Shown here piece by piece: positions 44,001 through 53,000 of a stretch of DNA of 64,000 nt. The stretch is from assembly GCF_011386835.1 (NCBI RefSeq), contig NC_088801.1, forward strand, positions 63,116,001 to 63,180,000, read 5' to 3'. The position numbers were made by a program, and so were the translations under genes. The DNA is from Chrysemys picta bellii. Its lineage: Eukaryota. Under the pieces are notes generated by a model. It was not told the origin of the DNA. It saw only the letters and a list, made by a program, of their open reading frames with translations, and did not search any database. Position 1 is the first letter of the stretch. Each line of letters starts with the position of its first letter.

Positions 44001-47000
44001 TCTTTTTTAATTACTGCTTAGCCAGCTTTCTACGCTCTTAAAGCATAGGGGTGGATAAGAGAGTAACTGTAACTTAAAAATAACTTTTGTAGTGAGGGCA
44101 AGGGATCTTAAAAGCTCTTGAAAAATATTACTGACAGGCCATCTCTCTTGGGAAAACAAGCCTTGCATTTTCTAATTAATGAAGGACCTTCTCCCTCCAC
44201 GTCTCTCTGCAGAGTTTTCAGATGCTAATGCCAAATTCTATTGCCGGATTTATTATGCCGGGGAATTCCATAAGATGCGTGATGTGATACTCGGGAGCCG
44301 TGAGGAGGACTTCATCCGCTCCCTGTCTCACTCTCTGCCCTGGCAGGCCCGTGGAGGCAAGTCGGGAGCTGCGTTCTATGTGACGGAAGGTAAAACTGGC
44401 TTGCTTATTTCTTCTCCTTTCATAGTGAAAATCTTCTTAACCATTTCTTGTGGGAGGGGTGTTTTCTGTACCTTTAGTGCGGCACTTGCGGGGGGGGGAG
44501 GGTTGGAGAACTAAACTGAAAACCCCAAAGCACAACTGGAGGACTGGCTTTCATAAAGCACACGCTGAAAATGCCAACAGTACCCACTCTTCAGCAGTGC
44601 TGAAAATAGCTGGCCAAGGAGGTTAAGTATAAAACTCCTATTTTCTCACGGCTTCAAGGGATGCCAATTTTTAATATAATTGAATGAGTACAGTTTTCTT
44701 TCAATCTTTCTGGCTTTCACGGTTAAGGCAAACCAGACTTTTTTTTTTAATTCCTTCAAATGAGCCAACACCTAGAACTGTAAAGTCTATGGACACAACT
44801 TTCTGCTGCTAAGGTTTAAAGAGAAAATTACAGTTTATAAGGTACACAGTTGAAGTTAGATTCTTGAAGGGTTGGAGTGGGGGGTGTCTCTATGTATATT
44901 TACAGTAAATGTTGTTTTCCTACATCTAGAATTACATAGCCTTTCTCTAATGTTGAAACAGATGACAGATTCATTTTGAAGCAGATGCCCCGTCTGGAGG
45001 TCCAGTCCTTCCTTGACTTTGCCCCACACTACTTCACTTACATCACTAATGCTGTTCAGCAGAAGGTAGGAGCTTGTATAGCCTGGTGTTTGGAACTTGG
45101 CTTTTATTTAAATAGTTAATTGTTTTCAGGCCAGTCATATTAAAATGAGGGGACTAACAGCAGGGCCAGCTCCAGCGTTTTTGCCGCTCCAAGCGGCGGG
45201 AAAACAAACAAACAAAAAAAGCCGCGATCGGTCGCCATTCCACATCAGCTCTACCACCGCCGCTTCATTCTTCGGTGGCAATTTGGCGGCAGGTCCTTCC
45301 CTCTGAGAGGGACTGAGGGACCTGCTGCTGAGTTGCCGCCGAAGAGCCATACGTGCCGCCCCTTTTCTTTGGCCGCCCCAGGCACCTGCTTGCTGCGCTG
45401 GTGCCTGGAGCCGGCCCTGACTAACAGATATGAAGGGTATAATGGGGAGTTGGGTATATATTGGCAGCCTGATAGAAAGAAAGTATGTGTTTTTAAATTT
45501 AAAATGCAGACATTTCGCCAAGACTTAAAAATCAAATGTATTGGGATGAAAAATGAAAGTTCTTCTTCGAGTGCTTGCTCATATCCATTCCATTAGGTGT
45601 GTGCGCGCCGCGTGTACGATCGTCGGAAGATTTTATACCCTAGCAACACCGGCGGGTCGGCTGTGGAGCCCCCTAGAGTGGCGCCTTCATGGCGCTGAAT
45701 ATATACCCCAGCCGACCCGGCGCCCCCTCAGTTCCTTCTTACCGCCCCTGACGGTCGTTGGAACTGTGGAGCGCTGCTTAGCTGTTCTCCACTCTCCCTA
45801 GCTTAGTTAGTCATTCGCAGTTATAGTTATAGTTGTAGTTCTAGTGTTTATAGTTAAATAGTTAAATAGTTTAAAGTTGTTTTAGTTGTTATTGTAGTTT
45901 AGGGGATTAGGGGGGTCGTCTCCCCCCTTTCTCCCCCGACCGCGGGGCCGGGCTCATGCCCAACGCTCCCGGCTTCAAGCAGTGCGCCTCCTGCGCTAAG
46001 CCTATGCCCACGAGCGACCCGCACGACTCCTGTCTGAAGTGCCTGGGAGAGTCCCATCAAACAGATAAGTGCAAGATCTGTAAGGCCTTCAGACCAAGGA
46101 CCAAGAAGGAGCGGGACTTTCGGCTCCGGCAACTCCTGATGGAGGCGGCACTTAGTCCGGACGCTCCATCTACAAGTCAGGCCCCGGCACCTAGCGCCTC
46201 GGTGCGCAGTGCCCCGGCGGCACCGGCTATGACGACCACGCGAGTGGCGTCGGACAAGCCTCCCCGGCACCGAACCTCGTCGGCACCGCAAGTACAGCAA
46301 GTGCCTCGGCGCCGGTCATTATCCCCGGGGCATAAAAAAGCCCATAAGACGGGGACCTCTGTGCCGAAGACGCCGGCTCCCCCAGTGCCGGGGGTAGAGC
46401 CGCGTCCACCGGTGGAGCACCGGAAACAGGTGCCTCCAGCACCGTCGACTCCGGCACCGAGGCCGTTGAGTCCGGTGCAGATAGCGTCTCCACCGAGACC
46501 GGCGGTGATACAGTGCCTCCCGTCGACTCCAGAGACCTTCGCGGCGGCGAGAGACTTAATAGCTCTCACGGAGCCGGCACCGCCCCAACCACCGGCACCG
46601 ACAGCACCGTTGACTCGCCCGGTCCAGTCGAGGGGGAAACCTGCCTTGATGCGCCCTCCATCGCAAGGGCTGGAACCTCGGCACCGATCCAGGTCCCGAA
46701 GCAGGTCCCCACACCGCTCGCAGTCCCGGCACCGGATATCGTCTCGGCACCGGTCGTACTCGCGGCCAAGATCTTCTTCGCGGCACCGCTCTACGTCTCG
46801 GCACCGCTATGATCGTCGGCACCGATCAACGTCGAGACGTAGTTCTCGGCACCGCTACGGTCGACGCTCGACGTCGAGAGGCCGCTCCCGGCACCGGGCA
46901 TACTCCAGGTCCTCGTCGAGGTCCAGATCCGACTCCCGGCACCGACGAGGTCATCGGCACCGACGAGGTCATCGGCACCGGTCGCGGTCCCGGCACCGAT

Positions 47001-50000
47001 CGCCGGCACCGCGTAGAGATAGATCATCTCCGGACCGGCACCGTGCGGCACCGCAGCCCACAGGAATCGTCTCGACGCTCTCGGCACCGCCGTGGCCATC
47101 GAGATCGGTGTCCCGCTCCTCGGAGGACCTCTCGAGATCGGCATACCCCCCTCAGGGGCAAGCCGAGGAACAGGACTTAGGACATTGGCAGGACACAGAG
47201 GACCATTCTCATGGCCCATCTCACTGGTCGTTTTGGACCCCGTGGGCGTACCATCAGGCGCAAGGGGCTCCAATTGCTTCGACCTCTCGCTCCGGTCACT
47301 CCGTCAGAAGGGCCCCGGAGTCCACCATTTCTCGGCCTCCGCCAGGGGGCATGGAGGCTTCTGTGTCCGCACCACCTGACGCCCTGGACCCAGGCGCAGG
47401 TGATGTTCCAGCCCAGGAACAGGGAGAACAGGACCAGCCCTTGGATCCTGTTCCACCGGAGGCATCTTCCTCTTCTTCTCCGGATGAGGCAGTGGCGGGC
47501 ACATCATGCACAGGCCCACCTCCAATAGATCTTCGGGCTCACCAGGATCTTCTGCGCAGGATGGCCCGTAACATGGACCTGCAGGCGGAGGAGATAGTGG
47601 AGGTGCACGACCCGATCGTGAATATCCTCGGAGCGGATGCCCCATCGAGGGTGGCGTTACCCCTGATCCGCACGATTCAGGCCAATGCTTCTACGATATG
47701 GCAGACTCCTGCCTCTATCCCGCCCACAGCGAGAGGGGTGGAAAGGAAATACTTTGTCCCGTCTAAAGACTACGGGTACTTGTATACCCACCCCCAGCCG
47801 TGTTCACTGGTGGTGGCATCAGTGAACGCAAGGGAGCGCCACGGTCAGCAGGCCGCAGCGCCCAAATCAAAGGAGGCTAAGCGCCTCGATTTATTCGGCC
47901 GTAAAGTTTACTCAGCCGGAGGGCTGCAACTTAGAGTGGCTAATCAACAGGCGCTCTTGAGCCGCTATAGCTTTAACTCCTGGAACTCTATGGGGAAGTT
48001 CAAGGAGTTGGTTCCCCAAGAGTCCAGGGAGGAGTTTGGAGCCCTGGTAGAGGAGGGTAAGAAGGTGGCTCGGACCTCCTTACAGGCCTCCTTAGACATA
48101 GCGGACTCTGCTGCGAGAACCCTGGCCTCAGGTATCGCTATGCGGAGGATCTCCTGGCTCCAGGTTTCGGGTCTGCCTCAGGAACTGCAGCAAACCCTGC
48201 AGGATCTACCCTTCGAAGGTCAAGGGTTGTTTTCTGAAAAGACGGACTCTCGCCTGCAGAGCCTCAAGGACTCCAGGACGATCATGCGTTCCTTGGGGAT
48301 GCATGTTGTGGGCCCTCAGCGCAGGCCATTTAGACCGCAGCCTCAGCGCTTCTACCCCCCCCCCCCCCGCCTCGTCAGAGACAGGACTCGGCCCGGAGGC
48401 GAGGGCGAGGTGGTAGAAGAAGGTGGACCGGCCCTCAACCTGGTCAGAACCAGGGACCACCTAGACCACCTTCAGGCCCTAGGCAGAACTTTTGAAGGTG
48501 CGGTCGAGGACGGCGCCCCAGTCATCCCCCAGGATCCAGCCCCCTCCTTTCGGGATCGCCTCTCCCACTTCCACCGTGTTTGGTGCCTTATAACTTCGGA
48601 CCGTTGGGTCCTTCGCACGGTGGAGAGGGGATACGCTATCCAGTTTTCTTCAATCCCCCCCTCCCACCCCCCTTCCCCGTCCCTCTTCAGGGACCCTTCT
48701 CACGAGCAACTTCTTATACAGGAAGTTTCTACGCTCCTCGCTATGGGGGCCATAGAGGAGGTTCCAGTGGAATTAAGGGGCAGGGGATTCTATTCCCGTT
48801 ACTTCCTCATTCCCAAGTCCAAAGGAGGTCTGCGACCCATCTTGGACTTGCGCGGACTCAACAAATTCGTAGTAAAGTTGAAGTTCCGCATGGTCTCTCT
48901 GGGGGCCATTATCCCTTCCCTCGATCCTGGAGACTGGTTCGCCGCCCTCGACATGAAAGACGCATACCTTCACATTGCTATTTACCCGCCTCACAGACGC
49001 TTCCTGCGATTCGTGGTAAACAGGGTGCACTACCAATTTGCAGTCCTTCCCTTCGGCCTATCCTCGGCCCCACGGGTGTTCACGAAATGTATGGCTGTCG
49101 TGGCAGCGTACCTTCGTCGGCAAGGGATACAGGTGTTCCCGTACCTAGACGACTGGCTGGTACGCGGTCGCACCAAAGAACAAGTTCGAGATCACGTCCA
49201 CATAATAGTGCACACATTCAACAAGTTGGGTATCCTACTCAACAAGGACAAATCCACTCTAGAACCTACCCAGAGAATAGAATTCATCGGCGCGGTTCTA
49301 GACTCCAGACGCGCACAAGCCATCCTGCCAGACAATCGCTTTTGCACCATCACGAGCCTCATTCAAGGACTCAAGGCCTTCCCAACTACCACGGTGAGGT
49401 CGTGCCTTACCCTGCTGGGTCACATGGCTTCCTGCACGTACGTAACCAGGCATGCCAGACTTCGGCTTCGCCCACTCCAGACGTGGGTGTCATCAATATA
49501 CCGCCCACATCGGGACAGCCTGAACATGGTGGTCACAGTCCCGAACTCGGTCCTGACCTCCCTCACATGGTGGCTAGATCACAATGTGGTTTGCGAAGGG
49601 ATGCCGTTTCACGCCCCACAACCCTCTCTGCACCTGGTCACAGACGCTTCATCTCTGGGTTGGGGCGCCCATCTCAACGAGCACCATACCCAGGGCCTGT
49701 GGACTGCACCCCAGCTAGCCCTGCACATCAATGTTCGGGAACTGATGGCGGTGCGCCTGGCGTGCCAGGCATTTCTCAATCTCCTACGTGGTCGCTGTGT
49801 GTTAGTTCTCATCGACAACACCACGGCCATGTTTTACATCAACAAGCAAGGAGGAGCACGTTCGTCAATTCTATGCCAAGAGGCCATTCGCCTGTGGGAC
49901 TTCTGCATCGCCCACTCAATCCTTCTCACGGCATCGTTCCTCCCTGGAGTCCAGAACACTTTAGCGGACCGACTCAGCAGGTCCTTTCAAACACACGAGT

Positions 50001-53000
50001 GGTCTATCCGTCCGGACATCATACATTCCGTTTTCCAGAAGTGGGGGTTTCCCCAGATAGACCTGTTTGCATCTCGAGACAACAGGAAGTGCCACGTGTT
50101 CTGCTCCCTGCAAGGTCGAGCTCCGGGCTCCCTCTCGGATGCGTTTCTCCTTCCCTGGAAAGACCACCTGTTTTATGCCTTCCCTCCGTTTCCTCTGGTC
50201 CACAAGGTACTGCTCAAATTGCGCAGAGACCAGGCACAGGTGATTCTGATCGCCCCAGCGTGGCAGAGACAACATTGGTACACCACGCTGTTGGAACTCT
50301 CGGTTCAGACACCGATCCCGCTTCCATTATGCCCGGATCTCATCTCTCAGGACCACGGTCGCCTGCGTCACCCCGACCTGCAATCACTCCACCTCACGGC
50401 GTGGCTGCTCCATGGTTCACCCAGGCAGAGCAGCAGTGCTCGCACTCTGTCCAACAGATTCTGCTGAGCAGTAGGAAGCCCTCAACACGGACCACATACT
50501 TGGCCAAGTGGAAGCGGTTCTCCTGTTGGTGCGAACAACGAGCCACGTCCCCGTTACAGGCACCTATCCCTCTCATTTTGGAATATCTCCTCTCCCTAAA
50601 ACAGCAAGGGTTGGCGATATCTTCAATTAGAGTTCACCTGGCCGCTATATCGGCCTTTCACCCAGGGGAACTCGCGTCTTCGGTATTCTCTAACCCGATG
50701 GTTGTTAGATTCCTCAAGGGCTTAGACCGGATGTACCCACAGCAACGTCAGCCCGTTCCGACGTGGGACCTCAACCTGGTTCTTTCCAAGCTCACAGGTC
50801 ATCCATTCGAGCCACTGGCCACCTGTTCACTTCTGTACCTATCCTGGAAGACAGCCTTCCTCGTAGCCATCACCTCAGCAAGGCGCGTTTCTGAACTCAG
50901 GGCGCTTACATCCGAGCCCCCTTACACAGTTTTCCATAAGGATAAAGTGCAGCTTCGTCCACATCCTGCCTTTCTCCCTAAGGTGGTTTCTCCTTTTCAT
51001 ATCAACCAGGATATATTTCTCCCGGTCTTTCATCCTAAACCACATGCCACTCGCCAGGATCAACGTTTGCATTCTCTGGACGTACGCAGGGCCCTGGCCT
51101 TCTATATTGACCGCACAAGGCACTTTAGAAAGACGACGCAACTCTTCGTTGCAGTGGCCGACCGAATGAAAGGCTCACCGGTCTCATCACAACGCCTATC
51201 CTCCTGGATTACGTCTTGCATCCGGACTTGCTACGACCTGGCAGGTGTCTCAGCACCGCACCTCACCGCTCACTCCACGAGGGCCCAAGCTTCCTCGACG
51301 GCTTTCCTGGCGCAAGTTCCGATCCAGGACATTTGTAGAGCTGCGGTTTGGTCGTCAGTCCACACGTTTACAGAGCACTATGCACTAGTGCAGCAGTCCA
51401 GGGACGATGCTGCCTTCGGATCAGCGGTTTTGCACACAGCAATGTCTCACTCCGACCCCACCACCTAAGTTGGGCTTGGGAGTCACCTAATGGAATGGAT
51501 ATGAGCAAGCACTCGAAGAAGAAAAGACGGTTACTCACCGTTGTAACTGTTGTTCTTCGAGATGTGTTGCTCATATCCATTCCAAACCCGCCCCCCGTCC
51601 CCACTGTCGGAGTAGCCGGCAAGAAGGAACTGAGGGGGCGCCGGGTCGGCTGGGGTATATATTCAGCGCCATGAAGGCGCCACTCTAGGGGGCTCCACAG
51701 CCGACCCGCCGGTGTTGCTAGGGTAGAAAATCTTCCGACGATCGTGCACGCGGCGCGCGCACACCTAATGGAATGGATATGAGCAACACATCTCGAAGAA
51801 CAACAGTTACAACGGTGAGTAACCGTCTTTTCTGGTGCACAGAAATGTAATGCTTACTACCATAACTATTGGAATGTTATCACTCTGTTCTCTTGATCAG
51901 AAACCAACAGCACTGGCCAAAATACTTGGAGTGTATCGGATTGGATACAAGAACTCTCAGAACAACACTGAGAAAAAGCTGGATCTGCTTGTCATGGAAA
52001 ACCTTTTCTATGGCAGAAAAATGGCTCAGGTGAGGAATAACTATGTGATGCATCGTTCTCTTCCAAAGTGCTTCTTCTGACACAGAGAGCTGCAGCAGGG
52101 CTGCCACTGATACTAATGGGGCATCTTCACCCTAAAGATGTTGACTCAGGCCTTGTCTACACTTATCTGGGGTTTGACGCATGGCGATCGATGCATCGGT
52201 GGTCAGTTTAGTAGGTCTAGTGAAGACTCGCTAAATTGACCGCAGATCTCTCGCCCATCGACTCCCGTACTTCACCTAAACAAGAACCGCAAGGGGAGTC
52301 AACAGGAATGTGTCTCCAGTCAACCACGCGTAGTGTGGACCCCACGGTAAGTAGATCTCAGTACGTCCACTTCAGCTACGTTATTCACATAGCTGAAGTT
52401 GTGTAACTTGGATCGATCTCCCGCAGTAATATAGACAAGGCATAAAAGTGTCATCTTCAAATGGCTTCTATTGCTATAGTTAAGATTGCAACCTTTTTTC
52501 CATTAGATGTCCTAATGTGCTACTCTGAAACCTATATTTGTCCTTCCATCTCTGGGTATCCAGGGTGGCTTGCCCTGAACTGCAAGGTTTACACTGAAGA
52601 CTCAGAATTTTTTTTTTAATGTTAGAAGAAAATTAGCCAAAATCACACACAACTTAAAATTTGACTTTGTCTTTTTAGATCAAAAAAGGCTTATTGCTGA
52701 CCGTCTATCCTTACCAGGTGGTTAAATCTTGACCCTATGCCTAAACTACTATTTGAAGAAATGTGGTGGTGGTGGTTTAAGCATATTATAGTGTCTGCTG
52801 TATCTAATTCTAATGGTTTTAATGTATATGTGATCTGCTTGTCCTATGGTGGTTTGCTGCCTCAGAGACATTATATATTTGAGCTTAACTTCTTGCTAGA
52901 CTGGTGGAGCACAGCTGTTTGGTAGCTGAAGGGACCAGGTTTCTAGGCCAGATCAACAGGTTTGTATGGCCTATCTTGTACTGTGTTTGCAGCAACCACA

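Larger units (their letters stand above)
45560..51833 (+). mobile_element. DIRS1-type tyrosine-recombinase retrotransposon, apparently full length (6274 bp), in a PIKFYVE intron
   Basis: Inverted terminal repeats, an internal complementary region matching both termini, gag-like, RT/RNase H/MTase and YR ORFs, and a TTCT core at both junctions with no conventional TSD. This is the established DIRS1 architecture. Confidence 0.97.

Noticed and set aside
46219-47089. CRISPR-like repeat-spacer array
   Set aside because: Repeats are only 7 nt, irregularly spaced, inside a eukaryotic coding region, and there are no cas genes.
46177-47645. Antisense and alternative-frame ORFs within DIRS gag
   Set aside because: Expected by-products of GC-rich, low-complexity coding sequence, with no recognisable motifs.
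45956-50467. The 1503-aa track ORF as a single novel gene
   Set aside because: It is DIRS Gag joined to Pol through the length of a C homopolymer. The alternative frame after the run gives a coherent Gag tail and stop.
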